DNA of 63,800 bases, filler included, from Octopus bimaculoides (taxonomy: Eukaryota), in NCBI RefSeq assembly GCF_001194135.2. It is 5 parts of 5 records of this genome, joined end to end, with 100 filler letters (N's around TTAATTAATTAA, not from the genome) between each part and the next. Parts side by side here need not be neighbours in the genome. Positions count along the whole stretch, not along the records: positions 1 to 24,473 come from NC_069006.1; 4 more parts are not named here. One strand, given 5' to 3'. The position numbers and the translations under genes were made by a program. This document shows positions 10,849 to 23,775 of this stretch, in pieces. The number at the start of each line of letters is the position of its first letter. Within the stretch, counting starts at the first letter, position 1. Under the pieces are notes generated by a model. The model saw only the letters and a program-made list of their open reading frames with translations, did no database searches and was not told the DNA's origin.

Positions 10849-13800
10849 GTTTCAAATTTTGGCACAAGGCCAGCAATTTTAGGGGAGGGGGTAAGTCAAC
10901 TACATTGATCCCAGGGTTTCACTGGAACTTGGTTTATCGACCCTGAAAGGATAACAGACAAAGTGGACCTCGGCAGAGTTTGAACACAGAACATTAAAGA
11001 CATACAAAACACCGCTAAGCATTTTGCCCAGCATGCTACCAAATCTACCAGTTCACCACCATAGTAATAACAATGATTTCTTTTAATGGATACAAGGGTC
11101 CAAGGCATTGAAAACAATACGAAAAGGACGAAGCAACAATGAATAATAAATAAAAGTGAATCATTTTTTTATTCACACTTGCTTCTCATCCTTGGGAACC
11201 TTGCCATCTGGCACACACAACAAAGGAGAATAGCTCGCTCTATCTTCCTTGTAGTCTTTTCGTGTTTTTCTAATGTTTATGATTTGTTTTTCTTTAGTGT
11301 TTTGTTTCAGTTGCTTGCTTTCTTATGTCTGAGTTGCTGATGCTCTGGATTCTTTTTCTCATCAAAATGGTGACAATGCACTTCAATGTTCATGGTGCCA
11401 TGTATAAAGCACCCGCGCTGGTGTCACATGGAAAGCATGCTTGCTGGCTTTAATTAAAAGAGCATGTGTGTCGGCACCATGTAAAAAGCTCCCCCAGCTC
11501 GTGTCACGTAAAAAGCACTCATGCTGGCACTAAGTAAAACGCACTCAATACACTTTGTGAAGCGGTTGGCATTAGGAAGGGCATCCCACCATAGAGGCCA
11601 TACCGAAACAGTCAATTGGAGCCTGGTACAGCTCTCTGGTTTTTCCACCGCCTGTCAAACCATCCAATCCTCCATGCCATCATGGAAAACGGACATTAAA
11701 TGATGATGATGATGGTGATGTATCTAGCTGTGATGACAACCGTGTAGAGATCCAATCCAATTACTAACTCTGAGAACCCTTCTCTGATTCCTCTGTCAGT
11801 TCTTTTCTTTTGTTGTTGTTGCCTTAATTTTTTTCCATCACCATATTTCTGCTGTTTCTCATTATTAAGCTAATATTCAGAACAGATTAACATGTAATTT
11901 GGATGGAAGGTTTTAGTTTCGATCACTTTAATCCTTCTGTTGCCATATTTCTGTTGAAAATACACCGACTTTGTTCATGTTAATTTTGAAAATAATGAAT
12001 AACTTAGTAGAATAACTTCATTATTAATAAGCTGGTATTTGGATTGTAAATCGACTTGGAATTTTGATGGAAGATTTTAATTTAGATCTAAGATAGGAAG
12101 TTTGTATCCTATAACTAGGGGTGGTCCCCAGCAGGTTAGTATCAAAAGTGTTAATCTCTGTTGGAAAATAACTTTGTCATTATTAAGCTGCTGTTTGAAG
12201 TATAAATTAACATGAGATTCTAATGGGAGTTCTTAAAGTAGTTTACTTAAACCCTTTTGTAACTATATTTCTGTAGAAATCCACTGCCTTTGTTTCAATT
12301 AATTTTTAAAATAACAAAGAATTCAGTAAAATAACATCCTTAGTAGTAAAGCTGGTATTCTGAACATAAATTAACTTGGAATTTTGGCAGAAGATTTTAA
12401 TTTAGATCCCTCTGAGATAGGAAGTTTGTATCTTAGAACTAGGGTAGGTCCCCAGCAGGTTAGTATCAAAAGTGTTAACCTCTGTTGGAAAATAATTTTG
12501 TCATCATTAAGCTTGTGTTTGAAATATAAATTAACATGAAATTACTTTCAAACAGGAAGCTTGCATCATAGACCCCAACATGGCCTTAGGTGTGTTGGGC
12601 TCAAAGGGGTTAAAATAGGGAGTTTGTATACTAAATCCAAGGATGGTCTCAGTTAGGTCAGTATGAATAAGGTTAGGAGAATCCTCCTTAGGTTTTTATG
12701 GCTTGCTCTTTTCCATTCTATTTCTGGGGTAGAAGTTAAAGGCTGAAACACTTGCCTGAGGATGGGTGGGGTTCAGCTCTCTCAAGAATCTCTTACCACT
12801 ATCTCAGGGACTGGTAAATCATTTAAAGCTGGAATACTACTTCATTGAAGTAAACTTTACTGTTGGGCAAGCCCATATTTCAGGAGGAGGTGAGGGGAAA
12901 TTATTTACTCCATAACTGGTGGGTACATAACATTAGTTAGGTCAGGCTGCTTTTCAGAAGTGGGGTTCGAGGACACCAAGCCTCTATCTTGAGCTTGCAT
13001 GCGTTCATTGAGAGACAGAGGTTATAAAGTATAATTACAGATAATTAGTTAACTAATCTGTGCTCTGAAGTTGATGACTGATGCCGGCAGGCAAGATGGC
13101 TGTACTTGCATGGGCATGTAATATTAATGGATATTATTGTAAAGCGGTGAACTGGCAGAAGTGTTAGCACACTGGCAAATATACATAGCAGTGTTTCATC
13201 CGTTTTTATGTTCTGAGATCAAATTCCCCTGAAGTCGACTTTGCCTTTCTTTCATTTGGGGTTGGTAAAATAAAAACCAGTTGAACACCATTTTGATCCC
13301 TTGCTGAAATTGTTTGCTTTGTGCCAAAATTTGAAACCAATATTAATGGATGGTATATTGCGCGAGTCAGTAGAGTCATTCTCATGCTGAGCAAAATGCT
13401 TAGCAGCACTTTATCCATCTTTATGTTCTGAGTTCATCTACCGTTTCACAAACATTGTTTTCCATTCCTCAGGTCCTCCCCAAACCATCCAACTCACCAA
13501 CAAAGCTTGGTGGTGTTGCCACTTTAGTTGCTGATAGCTTGAAAATGCAACAGGTTGTACTGGGTTGCAATAGCAGCATACATATACGTACATATACATA
13601 TCACTGAATAGCGATGAAAGGACTTTGACTAACAACCAACCAATTGATTGTTTAACCAGCTCATTAAACAATCGATCGATTGGTTAGTTGGTTAGATATT
13701 TAGCAGCAAAGAAGTGATAGTGAAGCAGTGCATGCATTTATTATTATTGGCATAATAACCCTCCCCAAAACACAAGAAGATATATACATGGATATTAGTT

Positions 13801-14419
13801 CTCTAGCTTGTATTTGACTTCTGTTGAAGCCAGTATATTGCAGTCTAATTTATTATGCTATGACAATGTAATGCAGTGATTATGATGTAGTTTAATTATG
13901 CTATGATTGTGGCTCTAGTCATATATATATATATGAGTTAAGCCTTCATTCCTCCTCTCAAGGCTCTTCTTTTCTCTTTTTTTATTTTATGTATTTTTGT
14001 TCACTCTGATGAAGCTCCAAGTTCCACATCGGATGTGTTACAAAATATGAATATTATTCTCAGAGTTTTTTTGGCAACACTGTGGGACATTGGAAGTAGA
14101 AACGGCTGTTAGATGGGATAAAGTTTTGTATTAAAAAATAATAATTGATGGTAGTCAATTGCTGTTAATCAAGATTTCTCCATTTAATTCATATATATAT
14201 ATATATATATATATCTCCTCATTTAATGTCCATTGTCTATGCTGGAATGGGTTGGATGGTTTGACCGGGCTGGCACGGTGGAAGACTGCACCAGACTCGA
14301 GTCTGATTTGGAATAGTTTTCTATGAGGCCCAATACTTGAGAGGAACTCAGCCATTTTGCCCCTGTGAGGCCCAATGTTTGAAAGGAATTCAGCCAGTTT
14401 GCCTATATATATATATATA

Positions 14420-14803
14420 CTTTAACTCGTTTCAGTCATTTTGACTGTGGCCATGCTGGAGCATCACCTTTAGTCAAGCAAATCCACCCCAGGACTTATT
14501 CTTTGTAACCCTATTACTTATTCTATTGGTCTCTTTTGCCAAACTGCTAGGTTATGGGGACGTAAACACACTACCATCAGTTGTCAAGTGATGTTGGGGG
14601 GACAAGCATAAGCACACATACACTTATATATACATATATACAATGGGCTTCTTTCAGTTTCCTCTACTAAATCCATTCAATAGGCTTTGGTCGGCCCGAG
14701 GCTATAGTAGAAGACACTTGCCCAAGTTGCCATGCAGTGGGAATGAACCCGGAACCATGTGGTTAGTAAGCAAGGTACTTACCACACAGCCACTCCTGTG
14801 CCT
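14420..14803 (-). mobile_element. SINE family A, full length
   Basis: Reverse complement of the 50534-50957 structure. Confidence 0.85.
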
Positions 14804-15237
14804 CAAAAGACACCCGTTGTTAATGTCCTGTTATTTGTATTTGTGTACCATTTCTCCGTTTTTTTCTGTCCTTGTTTTCGTATACATTCGCTGCTTTCTT
14901 CCAAGGAATCTAGTGCTCGTAGCTTAGTTTTTCCTTGGGGCTGGTCAGATTGGAGCAATCTCGAGTATAACCAGCCGAAATTGTAAAGATAATCTGGAAC
15001 TCGACTGAGGAAAGAAAACTCCGAATGATGTGTCCTTATTTTCTTTGTATTGTCTGTCTGGATGTTTTGTTGTCCCTTTTTTGTATCACCTAACTGTCTG
15101 GATGTTTTGAGTTCTTGTCCCATTTTTGTATTTTATATATATATATATGATTGTTGTTGTTTAATGAATTATGCTAATGATGTTCAATATCTTAAGAATA
15201 TTTATTATCTCTTGGCTTTTTCTTTGTTTGTTTGCAG

Positions 15238-15308
15238 ACTTCTCAAACTTCCATTATGCTTCAGGAACCAGATGATGACTCAATTCGTATGAAAGTTGGT
15301 TTCAGTGG
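15238..15308 (+). CDS. aPKC: Atypical protein kinase C (PRKCI/PRKCZ orthologue), first visible coding exon, start of the PB1 domain; probable start codon at 15256
   Basis: Pyrimidine-rich acceptor tttgtttgtttgcag|15238 and donor GG|gtgagt at 15309. Translates TSQTSI-MLQEPDDDSIRMKVGFSG. RMKVGFSG aligns with the aPKC PB1 beta-strand motif (human RVKAYYRG) including the conserved Lys. The split codon GG+G joins in frame to the exon at 23776. Confidence 0.85.
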
Positions 15309-15505
15309 GTGAGTCCATCTTTATCACCTCCCTCCCCACCTCCCTTCCTCTCATTCTCTTTTTCTTTCTTCCTTATAGCTTCCTTTCATCTTTCTCTCCT
15401 ATCTTCTATCTTTCTTATCATTTTCCATCTTCTCTTTCTGTCCATCTTTTCCCTTTTATTCCCCCCACCCCTGCCGTATTCTTTTTTTATATTTCTCTTT
15501 TATGC

Positions 15506-15860
15506 TTTTATTCTTTTACTCGTTTCAGTCATTTGGCTGTGGCCATACTGGAGCACCACCTTTAGTACTTATTCTATCGGTCTCTTTTGCCGAACCGCCA
15601 CGTTACAGAGATATAAACACACCAATATCAGTTGTCTAGCAATGGTGGTGGTGGTGGTGGGGGGGGCAAACACAGACACACAAATACATATATATACATG
15701 ATGGGCTTCTTTCAGTTTCCATCTATCAAATCCACTCACAAGACTTTGGTCGGCCTGAGGCTACAGTAGAAGACACTTGCCCAAGGTGCCACGCAGTGGG
15801 ACTGAACCCGGAACCATATGGTTGGGAAGCAAGTGACTTATACCACACAGCTACTTCTGC
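15506..15860 (-). mobile_element. SINE family A, full length
   Basis: Same head, body and tail on the minus strand. Confidence 0.85.
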
Positions 15861-16732
15861 AGAATTTTTTATATTTCTTTATCATTTCACCTCCTCCCCC
15901 TCCACTCCTTATAACCTTTCATCCTTTCTCTTTTCTATTTTTCTACAATGTTCATGAAGCCTTCATTGTTTTCCTTACTTCTTTCTTTCCTCTTCTCCCC
16001 TCTCTTTCTCTCTCCCCCTCTCCTATATTCATTCATTCACCTTTCTCTCTTCCATTCTCTTTCCTTTTCCTTCTCTCTCCCCCCCCTCTTCCTCTTTTCA
16101 CTTTATATTCTCTTTCCATTCTCTCTCTTTCTCTACTTTTCTCTCTTCCTTTTCTTCTCTTTCTCATTCTTTTGCTTCACTTAAATTAATCTCCTCCCAC
16201 CGACCCCCCACCCACACATTTCACCCTTGTCTGACCCTTCCTTCTCTACCACAAAACNNNNNNNNNNNNNNNNNNNNNNNNNNNNNNNNNNNNNNNNNNN
16301 NNNNNNNNNNNNNNNNNNNNNNNNNNNNNNNNNNNNNNNNNNNNNNNNNNNNNNNNNNNNNNNNNNNNNNNNNNNNNNNNNNNNNNNNNNNNNNNNNNNN
16401 NNNNNNNNNNNNNNNNNNNNNNNNNNNNNNNNNNNNNNNNNNNNNNNNNNNNNNNNNNNNNNNNNNNNNNNNNNNNNNNNNNNNNNNNNNNNNNNNNNNN
16501 NNNNNNNNNNNNNNNNNNNNNNNNNNNNNNNNNNNNNNNNNNNNNNNNNNNNNNNNNNNNNNNNNNNNNNNNNNNNNNNNNNNNNNNNNNNNNNNNNNNN
16601 NNNNNNNNNNNNNNNNNNNNNNNNNNNNNNNNNNNNNNNNNNNNNNNNNNNNNNNNNNNNNNNNNNNNNNNNNNNNNNNNNNNNNNNNNNNNNNNNNNNN
16701 NNNNNNNNNNNNNNNNNNNNNNNNNNNNNNNA

Positions 16733-17063
16733 AGGCGCATGGCTCAGTGGTTAGAGCGTCCAGCTTATGATCGTGAGGTTGTGAGTTTGAAACCTGGACT
16801 GGGCTACATGTTGTGTTCTTGAGCAAGACACTTTATTTCTCGTTGCTCCAGTTCACTCAGCTCTAGAAATGAGTTGCGACATCACTGGTACCAAGCGTAT
16901 CAACCTTTGCCTTTCCCTTGGATAACATCAGTGGCGTGGAGAGGGGAGGCCGGTATGCATGGCTGACTGCTGGTCTTCCATACACAACCTTGCCCAGACT
17001 TGTGCCTCAGAGGGTAACTTTCTAGGTGCAATCCCATGGTCAGTCATAACTGAAGGGGGTCTC
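16733..17063 (+). mobile_element. tRNA-derived SINE family D
   Basis: A box tggctcagtgg, B box gagtttgaaac, CORE-like gttcttgagcaagacacttt, then a unique body. Confidence 0.75.
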
Positions 17064-17774
17064 AGCAATATATATATAAGGCGCAGGAGTGGCTGTGTGG
17101 TAAGTAGCTTGCTTACCAACCACATGGTTCTGGGTTCAGTCCCACTGCGTGGCACCTTGGGCAAGTGTCTTCTACTATAGCCTCGGGNNNNNNNNNNNNN
17201 NNNNNNNNNNNNNNNNNNNNNNNNNNNNNNNNNNNNNNNNNNNNNNNNNNNNNNNNNNNNNNNNNNNNNNNNNNNNNNNNNNNNNNNNNNNNNNNNNNNN
17301 NNNNNNNNNNNNNNNNNNNNNNNNNNNNNNNNNNNNNNNNNNNNNNNNNNNNNNNNNNNNNNNNNNNNNNNNNNNNNNNNNNNNNNNNNNNNNNNNNNNN
17401 NNNNNNNNNNNNNNNNNNNNNNNNNNNNNNNNNNNNNNNNNNNNNNNNNNNNNNNNNNNNNNNNNNNNNNNNNNNNNNNNNNNNNNNNNNNNNNNNNNNN
17501 NNNNNNNNNNNNNNNNNNNNNNNNNNNNNNNNNNNNNNNNNNNNNNNNNNNNNNNNNNNNNNNNNNNNNNNNNNNNNNNNNNNNNNNNNNNNNNNNNNNN
17601 NNNNNNNNNNNNNNNNNNNNNNNNNNNNNNNNNNNNNNNNNNNNNNNNNNNNNNNNNNNNNNNNNNNNNNNNNNNNNNNCTTTAGAGAGACTTAGAAATA
17701 TTAATAACTCTATTTCTGAAAACCAGTGGATAGATTCCACTGAAATTAGAACAGACAGTCAGTAGCGCCGCCTG

Positions 17775-17849
17775 GCTGGAGCTTGGCTGCTCTGCATTGA
17801 CAAGGGGCAACACCCTGAAACTAGTCTAGTCTGCAGATGCCAAACCAGC
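17775..17849 (+). ncRNA. Type I hammerhead ribozyme, U3-A8 core variant, in the aPKC intron and sense to the pre-mRNA
   Basis: Stem I tctgca(17791-96)/tgcaga(17832-37), extended by ttggc/gccaa and gctgg/ccagc. Core UUGACAA at 17797-803. Stem II gggg-caaca-ccct. GAAA at 17817-20. Palindromic stem III actag-t-ctagt. GUC cleavage triplet ending at 17831. Confidence 0.8.
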
Positions 17850-18026
17850 AAGGGGAAGCTGCTGACCTCCCCTGTTCGAAGGTTATAAAGGACACAGGTT
17901 TCGTGTGTCACATAGCTAGCTAGAGGCGATGGCTTCTTGGAGCTAATTCACGGCAGCTTTCGTCCTAATTTTGGGACTGCCATGTTGGCTTGGCGATAAC
18001 TATTATATATATATATAGATATATAT

Positions 18027-18396
18027 GCACAAGTGTGGCTGTGTGGTAAGACGATTGCTTCCCAACCACATGGTTCTCGGTTCAGTCCTCCTGCATGGTA
18101 CATTGGGCCAACCAAAGCCTTATGAGTGGATTTGGTAGATGGAAACTGAAAGAAGCCCACCTCTCACACACAAACACACACACATATGTGTGTGTCTGTG
18201 CTAGTCTGCTACAGCTGCTTCACAACCGGTGTTGGTGTATTTACATCCCCATAATTCAGCAGTTCTGCAAAAGAAACTGATAGAATAAGTACCAAGTTTT
18301 ACAAAAAGAAAAAGTGCTGGGGTTTCTTTCTTCAACTAGAATTCTTCAAGGTGGTGCCCCAGCATGGCCGCAGTCTAATGACTGAACCAAGTAAAG
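18027..18396 (+). mobile_element. SINE family A, full length
   Basis: Same head, internal CA/TG tract, body and tail. Confidence 0.8.
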
Positions 18397-18536
18397 AAGA
18401 AATATGTATGTATCTATCTATCGGTCTATCTATCTATCTATCTATCTATCTGCATGTGTGTGTGTATATGTGTGTATATATGTGTGCGTATGTATGTATG
18501 AGTGTACGTGTGTGTATATATATGTACATATATGTG

Positions 18537-18580
<44 letters not shown>

Positions 18581-18755
18581 GATGCAGATGTAGCTGTGTG
18601 GTAAGAAACTTGCTTCCCAATCACATTGTTCCAGGTTCCGTCACACTCTTTGGTATCTTGTGCAAATGTCTTCTACTATAGCCTCAGGCTGTTTCACAAG
18701 TTATTATTTTAAATCGTTTCTCAACATAATTGCCCCATCCTCCCCTCTCTCTCCC

Positions 18756-18796
<41 letters not shown>

Positions 18797-19860
18797 TTTA
18801 GTTCACACTGTAAAGTGACTGGCATTCGGAAGGGCATCCAGCTGTACAAAAGAACCTTGTCAAAACTGACCTTACCTGTGCCACTTAGAAAGCACCAAGT
18901 CCACTTTGATGGGTGGGTGGTTAGTGTTAGGAAGGGCATCCAACTGTAAAAATCCTGCCAAATTAGTCACAGAATTCCTGTCAAAATCTCCCACCCATGC
19001 TGACATGGAAGGCGGGTATCAAACAATGATGGTGATTATCTATCTATCTATATCATCATCATCATCATCGTTTAACGTCCGCTTTCNNNNNNNNNNNNNN
19101 NNNNNNNNNNNNNNNNNNNNNNNNNNNNNNNNNNNNNNNNNNNNNNNNNNNNNNNNNNNNNNNNNNNNNNNNNNNNNNNNNNNNNNNNNNNNNNNNNNNN
19201 NNNNNNNNNNNNNNNNNNNNNNNNNNNNNNNNNNNNNNNNNNNNNNNNNNNNNNNNNNNNNNNNNNNNNNNNNNNNNNNNNNNNNNNNNNNNNNNNNNNN
19301 NNNNNNNNNNNNNNNNNNNNNNNNNNNNNNNNNNNNNNNNNNNNNNNNNNNNNNNNNNNNNNNNNNNNNNNNNNNNNNNNNNNNNNNNAGGTGCAAAATG
19401 GTTGAATGTAGATTTGTCCTTTAATCTGGAGGCTTCCAGAAAAGATTTCTAATGTTGATTCTTCATATTTTGCTGATGGTTCACAGCCGTAAATTTGCGA
19501 AGATATGAAAGTAATACTTGTAATATGATGTGTGGTGGTGAATTTGTGGAAAGAAGTCCAATAAAACTCATCAATTTAGTTAAAAATGGAGAAGACAAGT
19601 GGTTAAAATATATAAGGGAATTTTAATTTTAATTCATGCAGATGATCGTTTCGTACCGAGATACAAAAATAATGCAAATTCATGATTGAATTGAATTAGA
19701 TTAAATTAATTTAATTATATATATTATTGTACTCTTCAGTGCAGGAAGCATAAACAAAATTTACAATGAACTTGAGGAAGGATACAGCAGAATAGAATTT
19801 AGGAGATTCATATTTTTATCTTGTGAGAAAGAGATGTGAGTCAAGTTAGATATTAACTAT

Positions 19861-19913
<53 letters not shown>

Positions 19914-19994
19914 CACATACATACATACATACACACATACACATAAATATATATATACATACATACATACACACACACACACATATATATACAT

Positions 19995-20030
<36 letters not shown>

Positions 20031-21793
20031 CAAAACAAACAACTAAAAAAGGGTGAAAATATACAATAGGATTAGAAATAGTTTAGAAAAATTAAAAGAA
20101 AACATAGATGTCGTATTTCAATTAAATATTAAAAATTTTTTTAACGTCACAGCCCATATATCTATATACGTGTATAATAGTGTCTGTATATTTGTATACA
20201 TATGGATATATATATGTATGTATATGTGTATGTGCATATGAGTATATGCATGTGTGTGTCGCGGGGGGGAGGTATATATGTATGTGTATATATGTTTACC
20301 TTATCCGCCAATCTTGTTTCCACCCCCATCCAGCTTCCAGNNNNNNNNNNNNNNNNNNNNNNNNNNNNNNNNNNNNNNNNNNNNNNNNNNNNNNNNNNNN
20401 NNNNNNNNNNNNNNNNNNNNNNNNNNNNNNNNNNNNNNNNNNNNNNNNNNNNNNNNNNNNNNNNNNNNNNNNNNNNNNNNNNNNNNNNNNNNNNNNNNNN
20501 NNNNNNNNNNNNNNNNNNNNNNNNNNNNNNNNNNNNNNNNNNNNNNNNNNNNNNNNNNNNNNNNNNNNNNNNNNNNNNNNNNNNNNNNNNNNNNNNNNNN
20601 NNNNNNNNNNNNNNNNNNNNNNNNNNNNNNNNNNNNNNNNNNNNNNNNNNNNNNNNNNNNNNNNNNNNNNNNNNNNNNNNNNNNNNNNNNNNNNNNNNNN
20701 NNNNNNNNNNNNNNNNNNNNNNNNNNNNNNNNNNNNNNNNNNNNNNNNNNNNNNNNNNNNNNNNNNNNNNNNNNNNNNNNNNNNNNNNNNNNNNNNNNNN
20801 NNNNNNNNNNNNNNNNNNNNNNNNNNNNNNNNNNNNNNNNNNNNNNNNNNNNNNNNNNNNNNNNNNNNNNNNNNNNNNNNNNNNNNNNNNNNNNNNNNNN
20901 NNNNNNNNNNNNNNNNNNNNNNNNNNNNNNNNNNNNNNNNNNNNNNNNNNNNNNNNNNNNNNNNNNNNNNNNNNNNNNNNNNNNNNNNNNNNNNNNNNNN
21001 NNNNNNNNNNNNNNNNNNNNNNNNNNNNNNNNNNNNNNNNNNNNNNNNNNNNNNNNNNNNNNNNNNNNNNNNNNNNNNNNNNNNNNNNNNNNNNNNNNNN
21101 NNNNNNNNNNNNNNNNNNNNNNNNNNNNNNNNNNNNNNNNNNNNNNNNNNNNNNNNNNNNNNNNNNNNNNNNNNNNNNNNNNNNNNNNNNNNNNNNNNNN
21201 NNNNNNNNNNNNNNNNNNNNNNNNNNNNNNNNNNNNNNNNNNNNNNNNNNNNNNNNNNNNNNNNNNNNNNNNNNNNNNNNNNNNNNNNNNNNNNNNNNNN
21301 NNNNNNNNNNNNNNNNNNNNNNNNNNNNNNNNNNNNNNNATATATATATAGTACAAATAATATGTGAGTATATGCATATATACGTACATGTATGTACATA
21401 CCTACGTCTACACGTATAAATAGATGCATTTCTGGGTACAGGACGTCACAAAAAAACGTGGACAAAATGAGAAACAGAACATAAACAGAGCACAGAAAAC
21501 ACACAGGCCACATAGAGAACATTTCCTTCATCAGCTGCCATGTTTATATGTATATATACTTTATTAAAGTTGTGAAAACATCACAACGATATGACAAAAG
21601 CTGCTACTCAGAGTTTTCATGTCTCTGTTTGCTGGACAGTTGTGATTGGGAATGGGGCAATAATTAAGTTTATATGTATAAATATATTTACACATATAAT
21701 AAAACATATTTACTCTACCTCCGGTATTTGAGTACTATTTTTTCCCACTTTGTTTCACATTTATGTACTTAATCTGGTATATATACATATATA

Positions 21794-21960
21794 TCATCAT
21801 AGTCGTTTAACGTCTGCTTTCCGTGCTAGCATGGATTGGATGATTTGACTGAGGACTGGTGAAACCAGATGGCTACACCAGGCTCCAATCTGATTTGGCA
21901 GAGTTTCTACAGCTGGATGCCCTTCCTAACACCAACCGCTCAGAGAGTGTAGTGGGTGCT
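21794..21960 (-). mobile_element. RTE 3' UTR copy, apparently young
   Basis: Reverse complement is about 90% identical (by eye) to 24690-24850. Confidence 0.85.
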
Positions 21961-22030
21961 ATATATATATATATATGTTTACATTTGTGACCTTCATTTT
22001 CAACTGTCACATGATGTCAAGACAAGGGTA

Positions 22031-22076
<46 letters not shown>

Positions 22077-22351
22077 CACACATAAATGTTTGTCTTTATG
22101 TGGTGTTATGACAAAAACAGTTTCACGTTAAACTGAAGAATCGGTCAATAGTCTATTAGTAGATGATACATTTGGTATAAGACGATTTACTCTATTTATT
22201 ATACTTTGGCAAGAAGAGGGATGATGACTGGGACTTCGAAGTTTCAACCTGCTAACTTTCTTCATTCATCAGACTGTGTGTGTATGTATATGTGTACATG
22301 TATGTATATATACGTGTATGTGTGTGTATATATGTGTATGTGTGTGAAGGA

Positions 22352-22383
<32 letters not shown>

Positions 22384-23404
22384 TCATATAGGTATGTATG
22401 TATGTACATATATGTGTATGTATGTATATATATATATTCTTTTATTTTTTTTTACTTGTTTGTCATTTGACTCTGGTCATGCTGGGGCACCGCCTTTAGT
22501 TGAGCAAATCAACCCCAGGACTTATCCTTTGTAAGCCTAGTATTTATTCTATTGTTTTTTTTGCCGAACCGCTAAGTATTCGAGTACTATTTTTCCCACC
22601 TTGTTTCACATTTATGTGCTCTCTTTCTCTCTCTAATATATATATATATATATANNNNNNNNNNNNNNNNNNNNNNNNNNNNNNNNNNNNNNNNNNNNNN
22701 NNNNNNNNNNNNNNNNNNNNNNNNNNNNNNNNNNNNNNNNNNNNNNNNNNNNNNNNNNNNNNNNNNNNNNNNNNNNNNNNNNNNNNNNNNNNNNNNNNNN
22801 NNNNNNNNNNNNNNNNNNNNNNNNNNNNNNNNNNNNNNNNNNNNNNNNNNNNNNNNNNNNNNNNNNNNNNNNNNNNNNNNNNNNNNNNNNNNNNNNNNNN
22901 NNNNNNNNNNNNNNNNNNNNNNNNNNNNNNNNNNNNNNNNNNNNNNNNNNNNNNNNNNNNNNNNNNNNNNNNNNNNNNNNNNNNNNNNNNNNNNNNNNNN
23001 NNNNNNNNNNNNNNNNNNNNNNNNNNNNNNNNNNNNNNNNNNNNNNNNNNNNNNNNNNNNNNNNNNNNNNNNNNNNNNNNNNNNNNNNNNNNNNNNNNNN
23101 NNNNNNNNNNNNNNNNNNNNNNNNNNNNNNNNNNNNNNNNNNNNNNNNNNNNNNNNNNNNNNNNNNNNNNNNNNNNNNNGGTCGATGCCAGGCTCCTCTG
23201 CTGGTGATACATAAGAAAAGCACCCACTACACTCTTGGAGTGGTTGGTGTTAGGCAGGGCATCCAGCTGTAGGAACATTGCCAGATCAGACTGAAGCCTG
23301 GTGCAGCCTCTTGGTTTCTCAGACCCCCAGTTGAACTGTCCAACCCATGCCAACATGCAAAACGGACGTTAAACAACGATGATGATGATGATGACACACA
23401 CATG

Positions 23405-23615
23405 TACTTCATCCCATGTCTCCCCAGGTCTCCCGCATCCACGTTTTGCGTCTAGTAGTGGAGGAGGATACACAGAGGGTGTGATAGTTAGAATAAGAAA
23501 AAGATGGAAAAAATTCAAAGAGCTGATACCTTTGTTGGCCATGAAAGGCTTCTCTCTCTCTCTCTGAGTGAAAGGAAGATTGTATGATGCATGTATTCTC
23601 ACAAAGCCATCTCCT
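23405..23615. mobile_element. Rearranged RTE ORF2 fragments
   Basis: Minus strand CGRPGETWDEV (about 23405-23447) is joined to plus strand SSGGGYTEGVIVRIRKRWKKFKELIPLLAMKGFSL..KGRLYDAC (about 23452-23600). Confidence 0.7.
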
Positions 23616-23775
23616 TCAACACTACTCCTACTACTACTACTCCTTTTAGTTGTGGGGGTCTTTGTCTTGTGAAGGTCTTGGTTACCTCACTAGTGTTGGT
23701 GCCACATGAAAAGCACACAGGACACTGTATATTTTCATTTATTTCATTTTCATGCTTGTTTTCTATTTGTTACAG

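Noticed and set aside
11870-12610. Repeated aagattttaatttagatc / aagctgg blocks, about 200-bp duplication
   Set aside because: Appears to be internal duplication in an old non-autonomous DNA element; no family or function is supportable.
16733-16800. tRNA-like sequences with A/B boxes (also 61233-61305, 59900-59981 and 50534-50600)
   Set aside because: They are SINE heads continuing into SINE bodies, with no closing acceptor stem, so they are not tRNA genes.
21849-21870. CTGAGGA...GAAA in the antisense of the RTE 3' UTR
   Set aside because: No stem II pairing, no NUH triplet and no stem I; chance resemblance to a hammerhead.
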